Below, piece after piece: positions 40,033 to 49,749 of a stretch of DNA of 60,789 nucleotides. Position numbers and translations under genes: made by a program. Every line of letters begins with the position of its first letter. Position 1 is the stretch's first letter. Source of the stretch: a virus (lineage: Duplodnaviria; Caudoviricetes); the IMG/VR virus record IMGVR_UViG_3300033485_000012, positions 1-60,789 of that record, one strand, 5' to 3'. Below the pieces are notes generated by a model, which worked only from the letters and a program-made list of their open reading frames with translations, had not been told where the DNA came from and did not search any database.

Positions 40033-42674
40033 TATTTAGGTCCCGTTGTAACGGTTGTCCCGGTGGGAGTTCCGGCCTTAGGGCCACCCAAGCTTTTACC
40101 GACGGCGCTGAGGGCGTTGGCGTGTCGAGTAAGAATGTCGGCGAACTGTCTAGAAGCCCCAGAAGCTTTGGCGGCTTCGGTCATTATGCTTTGGTAAGCT
40201 GCGGCTAGCGCCTTCTTCTCTCTATCGGTTTGCTCCGTGAAAGCGTCTTGCCATGCTAGATCCTTCTTTCTGAGTTCCCCTTCGGTCTTGAGTTCTACCG
40301 CAGCGCGCGAACCGCCCGCTACGTCAGCGACCCCCTTGCCTTTGACGGATTCTCGCCCTAGAGCGAACTCATCGCGGACGGCGCCCTTGGCGGCCCAATA
40401 ATCGTCACCCGTTTGCTTGCTGCGCACCAAACCGGCCACCTGGAAGTATTCTTCTCGTTCGGCATCCGACCATTTCATATCGGTGCCGCCGAACATTCTG
40501 AGGGCAGCCTCGCTAGCGTTGAAGTCGGACTTTTGCATCTCTTCAGCCCACAACTGGTGTTTCGACCCCTTCGTGAATCCGGTCGTGGCTACGCGGTAGG
40601 CTGAGGTTTGGCGGATGCCGCGGCCTGCGGAAAGGAGCTGCTGGCGAGCCTCGGCTTCGCTCATGCCGGGGAAGTTGTTTCGCTCGTCTTCCGTCAACGG
40701 CAACCCGGCTTCTAATTCGGCCGTCCTGGTCGCCGTCAGTTTAGTCGCCATGTATTGCTGGGCGTAATAATTGGCACCTGGTGCGGCCGCCATGACAGCG
40801 CTCAGGTTCGCGGCCTTTTGCCATCCATCTCGGTCGCCGGAATAGACCTTATCCATGGACGCCATACCTAGAATGTTCTGACGGGCCACCATGGCGCCAT
40901 CGGGCGCTTTGATCCCGTAGCTCAATACGCCGAGAGTGCCAGCACCTACAGCATTCGCCATCAGCATTTGTTCTTGTTGTTTGGCCACGTAGTCTGAAAT
41001 TAGACTGGCCGTTCCAACGTCGGATGACGCCGCGATAGTCCGGGCGATATCGACCATGTCTCTACCGCGTGTGCCACCTTCACGGCCAAACACACCGCCG
41101 AAGTGAGCCATTCCGGTCATACCGGCCGCCGTGGCTTGCAGGACCGAGTCGAACATCCCTTCTTTGCCAAAACGAGATCGACGACCACCGGCAGCGGTAA
41201 TGCCGGTCGAAGCGGCCGCCAGTTCCTCTTGCGAGAACATGTTGTAATTCGCCGCAAAAATTTCAGCGTTGCTGACGTATGTGTTTTCTATCGGCTTGCC
41301 GGTCTTGTCGCGCTTGCGGCCAGAACCGATCCCCATCGCACGCTGGAACCCTACACTACCTCGGGCATTCGCGTAGCCTTCTGTGAGGATTTCATCTCGT
41401 AAGCCTTCGGCGCGAATTTCGGCATCCTTGAATTCTTTGAGGGCCGCGTCGGTTTGTTTTACGACAAGAGGGTTGGTACGATTGCCTTTCAAAGCATCCC
41501 AAGCTGATGCGAATTGGCCATCCCAACCCGCATCCCACGCCGCCCTTCCACGAATACCTACCTCACGCATTGACGTCGGAGAGTTGAGGAGCGCCAGTGG
41601 CCCCAACGAGGCCATGATAGCGCGGTTACCCCACTTGCCATACCCTGCGTCCTTCCCTTCCCACTGCGTCTCCCACAAGCCCGCCCCGCCCGTACCTTGC
41701 GAGGCTTCCAGGTTGGCCCGCTTGGTCGGGTCCGCCTTGATGCGCGCCATGGCGCGCATGTCTGAAGTATCTCCCGCGCGCATCTTGCGGGCGTACGCGT
41801 CCCGTCCGCTTACAATATCGCCCGTGAGTTGCGACTCATACAGGGGGGCGTTATAGACACCCCTTGCTGCGCCAGTTCCCGCCCAAACCCCAGCTGCGGC
41901 CAGAGCTGAGGCCGGATTCATGAACCGAGAAATCAAAGCCCCACCCGGGAGCATTGACAGGGCTTGCTGTGCGCCAGCCGGCAAAGACGCGCCGCCGATG
42001 GCATTGAGCCCGCCACGCGCGCCAGCGAAAAGCCCCCCTAGCCCGGCACCACCACCGAATCCTCCTTGTGCGCCCATCTGCCCCATGAGTGCGGCCATAC
42101 CTTTGGCCTGATTTTGCATGGTGAAGTCGACTGGCGAGAACATTCCAGTCATACCACTGGGAGTTGGGTAAGGGACTCCGGGGAGTAATCCACCGCCGGT
42201 TGGTGCATTGTAATAGCCCGCCCGTGCGGCGCTTGGCATCGTCTTCGAAGACAAAGTTCCAGCAGCGTTTCCGGCTCGGACATACGTCTTGGCCAGGTCG
42301 TCTAGCGAATTCTTGAGGCGGTTAATCTCAGTTTGCTGACTGGAAACACCTCTGACTACAGTGTCGCCCAAAGACTTCATGGCGTTTCCGCCGTCTTGGG
42401 CTAGTTTTTGGAAGGCGGAAGCTTGGCTGGCGACCACACCGACGAATGACGTCTGTGTTTGCGGCCCGCCACCGGGTTTACTCGGACCTGAACCAGACTT
42501 ACCCACCTTGCCCGACAGCAACCCGCCGCCGCCCATACCGCCAAGGGAGATGCCATTCAAACTCTTGGCCAATTCCTGCGATTTTCTGATCAGTTGGTCA
42601 AGAGCACGTTCGACGCTGCCCATGCTTTGAGCATCGACGGCGAACCTGAAGCGAATATCGCGCTGGTCTGGCAT
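40032..42674 (-). CDS. Tape-measure-like tail protein
   Basis: ~880 aa, Gly/Ala-rich helical, follows the chaperone pair; start MPDQRD 6 nt after AATCTT. Confidence 0.65.
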   Translation of the reverse strand: MPDQRDIRFRFAVDAQSMGSVERALDQLIRKSQELAKSLNGISLGGMGGGGLLSGKVGKSGSGPSKPGGGPQTQTSFVGVVASQASAFQKLAQDGGNAMKSLGDTVVRGVSSQQTEINRLKNSLDDLAKTYVRAGNAAGTLSSKTMPSAARAGYYNAPTGGGLLPGVPYPTPSGMTGMFSPVDFTMQNQAKGMAALMGQMGAQGGFGGGAGLGGLFAGARGGLNAIGGASLPAGAQQALSMLPGGALISRFMNPASALAAAGVWAGTGAARGVYNAPLYESQLTGDIVSGRDAYARKMRAGDTSDMRAMARIKADPTKRANLEASQGTGGAGLWETQWEGKDAGYGKWGNRAIMASLGPLALLNSPTSMREVGIRGRAAWDAGWDGQFASAWDALKGNRTNPLVVKQTDAALKEFKDAEIRAEGLRDEILTEGYANARGSVGFQRAMGIGSGRKRDKTGKPIENTYVSNAEIFAANYNMFSQEELAAASTGITAAGGRRSRFGKEGMFDSVLQATAAGMTGMAHFGGVFGREGGTRGRDMVDIARTIAASSDVGTASLISDYVAKQQEQMLMANAVGAGTLGVLSYGIKAPDGAMVARQNILGMASMDKVYSGDRDGWQKAANLSAVMAAAPGANYYAQQYMATKLTATRTAELEAGLPLTEDERNNFPGMSEAEARQQLLSAGRGIRQTSAYRVATTGFTKGSKHQLWAEEMQKSDFNASEAALRMFGGTDMKWSDAEREEYFQVAGLVRSKQTGDDYWAAKGAVRDEFALGRESVKGKGVADVAGGSRAAVELKTEGELRKKDLAWQDAFTEQTDREKKALAAAYQSIMTEAAKASGASRQFADILTRHANALSAVGKSLGGPKAGTPTGTTVTTGPK

Positions 42675-42696
42675 GATTTTAAGATTGACCCTTCCG

Positions 42697-43170
42697 CTAC
42701 TCACCAAACAACATGGCAATATCCGGGGGCACTTCACGCATCTGAGCTAGCATCGATTTACTAGGCGTGCCGTCGACTCCAGGCGTCGAGTCTACTTTCG
42801 GTGGCGCCCCAGCCTTCGGAGGGCTCTTCTTGCCACCGACGACCTTGATGGCTTCGAGCAGAGCTGCGTCCTCGAGTAGCGAACTAACTGAAGCCAGGTC
42901 CGCATCTTTCTTGGCGACACGCTCCTTGCGCTGTTCGTCTGTCTCTAGTAGATCCGCGACTTCGGCGTCGCGCTCTTTGGGATCCATCTCAGAGTACAGA
43001 TCCTCGTAGAAAGCCTGTAAAACCACCTCGTCCGGCAATTCATTCACCACATGTAAGGGCGTGTGAAACTTCTGTGAATACGCCCTGGCTACACGCCGCC
43101 AACACGCCTCGTGGTCCGGTTGCTCGACCGCCTTCATTGCAGAAAGCTGTATGGCGGTGAGCAAATCCAT
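42697..43170 (-). CDS. Tail assembly chaperone-like protein (second)
   Basis: Lies between the first chaperone and the tape measure. Confidence 0.5.
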   Translation of the reverse strand: MDLLTAIQLSAMKAVEQPDHEACWRRVARAYSQKFHTPLHVVNELPDEVVLQAFYEDLYSEMDPKERDAEVADLLETDEQRKERVAKKDADLASVSSLLEDAALLEAIKVVGGKKSPPKAGAPPKVDSTPGVDGTPSKSMLAQMREVPPDIAMLFGE

Positions 43171-43174
43171 TAGA

Positions 43175-43561
43175 TCACTTCTTGGGGGTCAGCGCAGTAG
43201 CAGCGGCTTCGCCGGCCTTCTTGATATCGGCGTAGACTTTCTCTTCGAGGTCCATAATCGCCTTATATACCGCGCCAACCGGGGCTTCATCGACGAGATT
43301 GAGACCGTTGTTGGACTCCTTCCACCATGTGGGCGACGCCTCGAGGTGGTGGTAAATATACGAAATCGCCACGGCGGTATTGATGGTGCTCTCGGATGCC
43401 TCTTCAGGCTTCTCTCCAATGAGGTTCCGACGCATCTTGTCTTGGTCTAGACGGGCGCGATGGGAAAGAAGCGGGCGGGCCTTGAACACACCTTGGAATG
43501 TCTGGCCGGTAAGCTCTCCCTTGACGTCGATCGTGAATTCTGTTGCTGAGTTTGAAATCAT
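43175..43561 (-). CDS. Tail assembly chaperone-like protein
   Basis: F.G.F....L...P.WW pattern; AAGGAG SD; synteny. Confidence 0.55.
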   Translation of the reverse strand: MISNSATEFTIDVKGELTGQTFQGVFKARPLLSHRARLDQDKMRRNLIGEKPEEASESTINTAVAISYIYHHLEASPTWWKESNNGLNLVDEAPVGAVYKAIMDLEEKVYADIKKAGEAAATALTPKK

Positions 43562-43649
43562 GCGTGCTCCTTTGTTGAACGACTTGAAGATGATGATACC
43601 ACACTTCGAGGTCCTTGCAACGCGCAATCGACTGTGCTATACGTTTCTC

Positions 43650-44042
43650 ATGACCAACAACGACCGCCTACACAAACTTTACGTCGAAATCCGTGACCTC
43701 GCCGTCATCATGGACCCGTCTCAAGTGGACAACTTCACCGCCAACGTGCGGTTGATGGCCGGAGAAAACCTCTCACCTCAGGCTTGGGTGGATGGAGCCA
43801 AAGCGGCATTGGAATATATCGAGCGTCAGATTTTTGAGTCCGACACGGGGTGGATTACTACAATCAACCGCAGATGCTACCTTCAACAGACCCGGTCCGT
43901 GGTATTCCGGGAGGGTGTTACTTTTGGGGCCCGATCGGCTTTTTTTTGTTACGAACGCCTGATTTGGGACGGCCAAGAGTTTCGAGCCGAGGGCGGCTTA
44001 ACTAGCTTTCGAATGTTCCGTGCTATCGACTCGGGAGACTGA
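43650..44042 (+). CDS. Hypothetical early protein ending AIDSGD
   Basis: Promoter TTGCAA(43615), ATG at +35. Confidence 0.65.
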   Translation: MTNNDRLHKLYVEIRDLAVIMDPSQVDNFTANVRLMAGENLSPQAWVDGAKAALEYIERQIFESDTGWITTINRRCYLQQTRSVVFREGVTFGARSAFFCYERLIWDGQEFRAEGGLTSFRMFRAIDSGD

Positions 44043-44043
44043 C

Positions 44044-44355
44044 GTGAGTTCCGCAAAAGGTGGGTATCGTTCCAGTGGCGACGTTTTTGCCCTAGCGAAC
44101 TATGAAGACGCGTCTGGTGCCGATTTGGAGACTCTCTCCACCGACAGAAGCGAGCACGTTCGTTGGGCTGTGGCCAACAACCGCAACACATGGGCGTCAA
44201 CCTTAACTTACCTTGCCGAAGACAAAAGCGAAACGGTGTGGGCTGAAGTCGCTCGAAATTCAAATACTCCACCTGCTGTCAGACTTTGGCTCAAAACTCG
44301 CTTTCAGGGAATGACTCTAGAGGACTTCTTGGAAGCGATTGACTCAGGAACTTGA
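44044..44355 (+). CDS. LRV-repeat protein with 'MxLxEFL' box
   Basis: VRWAVANNRNT...NTPPAVRLWLKTRFQGMTLEDFLEAIDSGT. Confidence 0.75.
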   Translation: MSSAKGGYRSSGDVFALANYEDASGADLETLSTDRSEHVRWAVANNRNTWASTLTYLAEDKSETVWAEVARNSNTPPAVRLWLKTRFQGMTLEDFLEAIDSGT

Positions 44356-44357
44356 AG

Positions 44358-44651
44358 ATGAGCTCCCAACGATATCAAGACTATCTTAAGGCCGATTCCG
44401 CCGACACCATCGAGTCGGAATTGGATGTATTATCCACCCATCCCAACCCAGACGTGCGATGAGGTGTAGCGAGCAACCCAAATACGCCTAGAAGCACTCT
44501 AGCGTATATGGCTTTGGATGCGAACCCCACCGTTCAATGGGCCGTCGAGCGCAACCCCCACACCCCACCAGCGGTGAAGCTGTGGCTGCAAACTGGATAT
44601 GGTGAGATGTCACTCGAAGAATTCCTTAAAGCTGTTGACTCGGGAGACTGA
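44358..44651 (+). pseudogene. LRV-repeat/'MxLxEFL' paralog with an in-frame TGA at 44460
   Basis: ...PDVR*GVASNPNT...PPAVKLWLQTGYGEMSLEEFLKAVDSGD; the stop aligns with a Trp in the paralog. Confidence 0.75.
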
Positions 44652-44652
44652 C

Positions 44653-44889
44653 GTGAACCACCCATCCGTGATGGAACCTTTCATCAAAACATACGACTTA
44701 CTCTCCGAGGCCGAGTCCGAAGTCGACCCAGCGCAGTTGACTTCTCTAGCGACATGTCGCAGCTACGTTATCCGACAGGCCGTCTTCGACAACCCGAACA
44801 CTCCTCCGGCCGTGAGGTTGTGGTTGCGGATCGGGTATGGCGAAATGTCTTTGCAAGATTTCCTTAAAGCTGTTGACTCCGGGACCTAA
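44653..44889 (+). CDS. LRV-repeat protein with 'MxLxEFL' box
   Basis: NTPPAVRLWLRIGYGEMSLQDFLKAVDSGT. Confidence 0.75.
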   Translation: MNHPSVMEPFIKTYDLLSEAESEVDPAQLTSLATCRSYVIRQAVFDNPNTPPAVRLWLRIGYGEMSLQDFLKAVDSGT

Positions 44890-44907
44890 ATCCGGCATAC
44901 ATCTCCC

Positions 44908-45279
44908 ATGCGCCTGCCCGTGTCGTTCAACATCCTCCGCAAAATCGCCGCAGAAAGCCGCGCGGATTGCCCCGACTTCCACCACGTAGCTGTCGTAATG
45001 CGCGGTGGGGTGATTCTGGCGATGGAGTGCAACCGCGTGGGCCACCACGCCGAAATACGGGCACTTGAGCAGCTGTGGCCGTCGGACCGGGCTGGTGTTA
45101 AAGTTTTGTCGTTGAGATTCACGTCGTCCAGGCAAGTTTTAACTTCAGCAAAGCCGTGTAGTGAGTGTGAGACGTACATGAGGCGGTACGGAGTCAAGAA
45201 AGTCGTGTATTCAAACGAAGACGGAACGTTATCCACGGTCGAATACCTCAAAGGAGCTCAAAATGATTCGCTCGCCTGA
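44908..45279 (+). CDS. Cytidine/dCMP-deaminase-superfamily protein
   Basis: HAE...PCSEC zinc motif. Confidence 0.8.
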   Translation: MRLPVSFNILRKIAAESRADCPDFHHVAVVMRGGVILAMECNRVGHHAEIRALEQLWPSDRAGVKVLSLRFTSSRQVLTSAKPCSECETYMRRYGVKKVVYSNEDGTLSTVEYLKGAQNDSLA

Positions 45280-45700
45280 TTTGTCCATTACACAGCTCGA
45301 AGCACTTGAATTGCTTTTGAAGATCAACTATAGCCGCAATGTGCGCTCACAACTCGAGTGGATGGTGGAGTCTCCAGTCGACCTCGATGGCGTGTTGGCG
45401 GCCATCATGAAGCTGACCGACCAATACAACGACCGCAACACCCCCATGGTGGTGGCACGGGTCTTGGCTGAAGAGGGAATGGGGCGCACCAAGATGGCGC
45501 TCAATGATGAGAGATTCGACTATTACGTCAAGCTCGCAGAGATGGTTGTGACAGACGACGATTTTCCTGGTGTGGCGCGCGGAACTGTGCTAGAGGTTTT
45601 GCCGAAGCTGAAGTCTACGCAGTTCAAAATCCAGGCGGAGCTCAAAAACGCCGAAACAGTGCAAAAGCGCCGCAATCCGAATAAGGTTGTATTGAATTAA
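45263..45700 (+). CDS. Hypothetical protein
   Basis: AGGAG SD. Confidence 0.7.
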   Translation: MIRSPDLSITQLEALELLLKINYSRNVRSQLEWMVESPVDLDGVLAAIMKLTDQYNDRNTPMVVARVLAEEGMGRTKMALNDERFDYYVKLAEMVVTDDDFPGVARGTVLEVLPKLKSTQFKIQAELKNAETVQKRRNPNKVVLN

Positions 45701-45710
45701 AGGAAAAGTC

Positions 45711-46082
45711 ATGGATATCAACATCAAGAGCAAGTTCAATGTAGGCGACAAGGTGAAGTCGAAGTACTACAACTTGGAAGGGACCGTCACGTCGATCCGA
45801 ACTGTCGTTTCCTATACGGCGGCATGGAGCGACAACACCTACGGAACGATATTTGAAGACCATCTAGAGACGGTCAAGTTGGTCACCCCAAAATTCAAGG
45901 TCGGAGATCTGGTGGTTCTAAAAAACACCGAAAAGATGGCAGGGCGCGAATTCGGAGAAATCATCTGTCATAAAGATACAATGTGGGGGATTATGCTGAC
46001 TCCAGCTATATATCGATACATCTACAACGAGTCCGACATGCTGCCATACACTCCGACCTCACCCCACTACTTCCAGGATTGA
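45711..46082 (+). CDS. Tandem SH3/KOW-like protein ending SPHYFQD
   Basis: Two KF.VGD.V modules. Confidence 0.7.
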   Translation: MDINIKSKFNVGDKVKSKYYNLEGTVTSIRTVVSYTAAWSDNTYGTIFEDHLETVKLVTPKFKVGDLVVLKNTEKMAGREFGEIICHKDTMWGIMLTPAIYRYIYNESDMLPYTPTSPHYFQD

Positions 46083-46084
46083 CC

Positions 46085-46480
46085 ATGAACATCCCAGACT
46101 TTTTTCCGGTTGGCTCTCTTGTAATAGATATTCACTATCCAGAATTCCCGTACGAGGTCCGAGCCGTAGACATCCGCGTGACAGAAAAGGGCGCAACCGT
46201 GCTGTACTGCTTGCTGGAGGCGAGGTGCGATAAAGACACGCCATACGAGTTTTGTCGCACACTGTACTCGGGTGACATTGCGCCTTACGTAAAGTTCAAG
46301 GTGGGCGATCAAGTCGTCCACCACCGAGGCGGGGATGTAGGAGTGGTGACGCAGATCCCATCCGGATTCGCACCCAGTCGCCTGTACACCGTGCGACATG
46401 CCGCTAGCCGGTGCGCCTACTATTACGAGGGCGAGCTTCGAGGCGTCGCTAGCACTTCACCCCATGACTGCCAGGACTAA
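46085..46480 (+). CDS. Tandem SH3/KOW-like protein ending SPHDCQD
   Basis: FPVG..V and KFKVGD.V modules. Confidence 0.7.
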   Translation: MNIPDFFPVGSLVIDIHYPEFPYEVRAVDIRVTEKGATVLYCLLEARCDKDTPYEFCRTLYSGDIAPYVKFKVGDQVVHHRGGDVGVVTQIPSGFAPSRLYTVRHAASRCAYYYEGELRGVASTSPHDCQD

Positions 46481-46882
46481 ACATGCACACTCCACAATAT
46501 TTCCCAATCGGAACTCTCGTAGTCGAAGCTGGCTATCCAGACCGACCACTAGAGGTTAGGGGGATTGACATCAATATGACGCGAGCCGGCACGAGAATCT
46601 ACTACTCCTTAGGTAGTCCGCATCACTACATCTACCTGCCAGCAAAAGATGTAGAACTATACCGAGAGCGAGATTGACATGCACCAGACTACAATCGACC
46701 ACAAATTCAGTGCCGGAGAGCGTGTGGTTGTTCCAACAAAATACGAGCCGCCAGACAAGGGTGAAGTTGGAGATATTACAGTCCACCTACGGAGCAGTGG
46801 CCGCTGCCAAGTATTCTACATGGTCACCCTTGACGACGGCCGAAAACACCCCTACGAAGAGTCTCAACTTAAGCCGGAGTGA

Positions 46883-47347
46883 TTGATGTCCAACCACTTC
46901 ACGGTGTACGCAGATGGCTCCAGCGGGGCTGGTGGCGGCAAACCCATAGGGTGGGGGTACGTGGTGGTCTATAACGGTTTCGTCGTCACGGCAGGCAAAG
47001 GCGGCCATCCTAGCGGCACCAACGGACAGGCCGAGCTCATGGCGGCGCGGGAAGGACTCCGAGCTTTGGTGTTTCACCCAATGTTTTTGGAGATCTCGTC
47101 ACACATCATCGAGCTCGTTTCAGACAGTCAAGTCACGCTAGGTCTGGCCAACGGTTCGATGAATGCATCCAAAAACGTTGCACTGGCAACACATTTGCGC
47201 GATATTTGCATCAAGTACAGTGTTCGCACTAGGTGGGTGAAGGGCCACAACGGCGAGCCCGGTAATGAAATGTGCGACAAGCTCGCAGGTCTCGGAAAGG
47301 CGGAGGCGAAAAGGTTGTTGGACTCCGCAGGAGAAAGTCATGAGTAG
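46883..47347 (+). CDS. rnhA: Ribonuclease HI
   Basis: YADGS, TN..AEL.A, SDSQ, WVKGH.G..GNE.CD.LA. Confidence 0.92.
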   Translation: MMSNHFTVYADGSSGAGGGKPIGWGYVVVYNGFVVTAGKGGHPSGTNGQAELMAAREGLRALVFHPMFLEISSHIIELVSDSQVTLGLANGSMNASKNVALATHLRDICIKYSVRTRWVKGHNGEPGNEMCDKLAGLGKAEAKRLLDSAGESHE

Positions 47348-47757
47348 GACATACCGCCTTCGTCACGAACCCTCGCTGGTTGCCCATAAGTTCGCTGACG
47401 GCAACCTCAGAAAATACTACTCAACCAAAAACGATCACTTGGCGTCGGCGATCGTGCATGGTGTTTTCGGGTATCCGTGTAATGCGATAACACCGCACAC
47501 GCATTTCGGCGGATGTCTATCTCAAATTATTCCAGGCTGGGGAATGCGCGGACAAATCATTCTTAAGTTGGCAGGAGATCGGCCACTATCGATAGCTCCG
47601 ATGTATATTCACGAATACGCCAATCACGGACGCAAGGCCAGAAAAATGACACACTACGGCAAACATTCCGTCCGACAAAAAGTACGAAGGGCGGTGCGTG
47701 ACGGCGACTTCGAAGGGGATTGGGATACCGAGCTACACGACAAGCCCTGGAGCAAAC

Positions 47758-48144
47758 ATGACCACTGAAATCCAATTTCAGGAATGGCCTAAATGTTCTA
47801 AGTGTGGACATGCCAACCTCAAAATTGCCGGTCATGTCTGGCTTCTTGGCTCCGACCACGCTGAGATCTGCGAATATTTGACGTTTCGAGGCGTCACGGC
47901 GCGTCAAATAGGGTGGGCTTCTATTAAGGCCGAACACCCGCGGTACGTTCAGGTGGTGTTTGATTTATGCAAGATCGAATACCGATCGTTTGCGGTGTCG
48001 TCGATCGCCGGCAACTACGTGGAAGTGTTCGCTCCCATTAAAGTCGCGGCGCTGGTAAAAATGTATTACTCCGACAAGTCGCCTTATGGCGGAATAGACT
48101 TAGGTGAATTCCTGAAGAGTGCAGGGTGCGGCAGTGGAACCTGA
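47758..48144 (+). CDS. Zn-finger protein with variant 'MxLxEFL' box
   Basis: PKC.KCG..H.EICEY; ends YYSDKSPYGGIDLGEFLKSAG. Confidence 0.7.
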   Translation: MTTEIQFQEWPKCSKCGHANLKIAGHVWLLGSDHAEICEYLTFRGVTARQIGWASIKAEHPRYVQVVFDLCKIEYRSFAVSSIAGNYVEVFAPIKVAALVKMYYSDKSPYGGIDLGEFLKSAGCGSGT

Positions 48145-48508
48145 ACACTATTTCGTGTCGTACCCCAAATGCCCTAAGTGCGGGAAGGACAATAAGAGGT
48201 TTCACGGCTTCGAACACGTAGAAATCTGTGAATACTTCTTGTTCAGGGACGTTACGGCGCCACAAATTAAGTGGCTGCCTTTAACAAGGAGACAGCAAAT
48301 CAAGTGTATTAAAGCGGCCTTTGATATGCTCCACATCGAACATCGCTGCTTTAAGATGCGGTCTAATTCTGGGTGGGCATTGTACTTGTTCGCACCAAAG
48401 ACTACAGTAGATTTGGTGAATTTGTACTACTCCGACAAGTCGCCTTATGGGGAAATGTCCTTGTCGGAGTTTTTGGGCGCTACGTTAGGTGTTACGGGAG
48501 GGTCGTAG
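48134..48508 (+). CDS. Zn-finger protein with 'MxLxEFL' box (tandem paralog)
   Basis: PKCPKCG..H.EICEY; ends YYSDKSPYGEMSLSEFLGATLG. Confidence 0.7.
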   Translation: MEPEHYFVSYPKCPKCGKDNKRFHGFEHVEICEYFLFRDVTAPQIKWLPLTRRQQIKCIKAAFDMLHIEHRCFKMRSNSGWALYLFAPKTTVDLVNLYYSDKSPYGEMSLSEFLGATLGVTGGS

Positions 48509-48968
48509 CGTTCGTATCAGGGGTTTCGTCGTTTGTGACGGATTCATCGTCGCAACGAAGCGCAATGTAAGTCACAGTGCACGACTCGGGCTGACGGTGG
48601 GCGAGTGCTGTGTTGTAGCCAGTAGGTCTGACCGAGCGGAATTTAGCCATGACTTTGTGCGTCTGGCGGTCAAGCGCCGTCATCGAAATGTACTCATGAT
48701 TCAATAGATCGGCCAGCTTCGGAACTCCGCCTTCAATATGGGGTCCGTGGTCGATTACGCGATAACCACTACAAGTGAGCGTGGTGGCATCCATAGAGGT
48801 GTAAATGGATTCAACCGGGCCGTACGAGCCTAACACAAAAATTGGTTCGACGGAATAATTCACACCCCATGAGATGTCAGTGAAAATGCCTACAGCACGC
48901 GACGTGTTGGTTGCTGGGTCGTCAAGGAAAACGACTCCTCGCGCACCTGTCATTACTTTACCCGACAT
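48492..48968 (-). CDS. Tail tube protein (putative)
   Basis: 158 aa, TGAR....VG....S....Y..EP..VLG...P.E pattern of myovirus tubes; AAGGAG SD. Confidence 0.65.
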   Translation of the reverse strand: MSGKVMTGARGVVFLDDPATNTSRAVGIFTDISWGVNYSVEPIFVLGSYGPVESIYTSMDATTLTCSGYRVIDHGPHIEGGVPKLADLLNHEYISMTALDRQTHKVMAKFRSVRPTGYNTALAHRQPESCTVTYIALRCDDESVTNDETPDTNATTLP

Positions 48969-49030
48969 TATCCTACTCCTTGCCGGTATGCCGGCGGAAA
49001 GTTTCTATGGACAAGATTGGTGCTGCGTGT

Positions 49031-49206
49031 GTTGATGCTCCAAAGGACGACACCTTTGAATTCCTGCTTCGATGCTGGCAACATCACCAGCTCCACAGGC
49101 TTGAATTCCCGTGCATCCCACGGTATTTGCGATTTGGTGGGTACGAGTCTGATTCTGTGGGCGACGATCATGGGATTAGTATACCACGTTGTTGTGAAAT
49201 CGTAAA
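49031..49206 (-). mobile_element. Internally deleted tnpB element: promoter, 15 N-terminal codons and omega-RNA-like scaffold (copy 2)
   Basis: TTTACG-17-TATACT, ATG MIVAHRIRLVPTKSQ (TnpB N-terminus-like), then the scaffold ending TCAAC. Confidence 0.65.
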
Positions 49207-49212
49207 CCCCAA

Positions 49213-49356
49213 CGCGACGCCCGCAAAAGCGAACAGTGCACCCAAGCCGGGATCCAACTTTTGAGGATCCCCGAAGCCGAATACGAATCCAACCCCACTG
49301 GAACTATCGCCAAAATTATCCGGTGGCTTGACACTCCACCCCAGCCCATGCCATAA
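49213..49356 (+). pseudogene. 3' remnant of a 52698..53903-like endonuclease
   Basis: RKSEQCTQAGIQLLRIPEAEYESNPTGTIAKIIRWL versus RKNEQCVQTGIQLLRIPEAEYETDPPGTIVKVLAWL. Confidence 0.8.
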
Positions 49357-49749
49357 GTAGCCCCAAGGAGAAATACCACATGTGCATCGAAACATTGCAA
49401 GCCCTTTTGGAGACCGCTGAACTGCGAGCAGACTTGGCCGAAGGTAAAATCAAAGCCCTTCGCATGAAGGTGGCGGTATCATTGGAAGTCGTCGAGAATC
49501 TAAAGGATCAGATCCGGCTGCTCGAGGCCGAACTCGCTGACGTACGCGAGCTCGTGCCGGTGGACCACGTAGACGAGCCCTGTGCGCTTCACAATACGGA
49601 AGGGTGCTGCCACGTGGAATGTATCGCGGCCGAGCAAACATCTGATGTCCAGGGACGGAGTGTCGGCGAAGAAACCTACAGTCAGCTCTGCGAGCGGTTC
49701 AAGAGGCAGTGGGACGTGTGCATCAAGCAAGCCAAAACGGAGAACTAAC

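Noticed and set aside
44460-44462. TGA-to-Trp recoding of the genome
   Set aside because: Single instance; many genes end at TGA with coupled downstream starts, and no TCA-anticodon tRNA is in the window.
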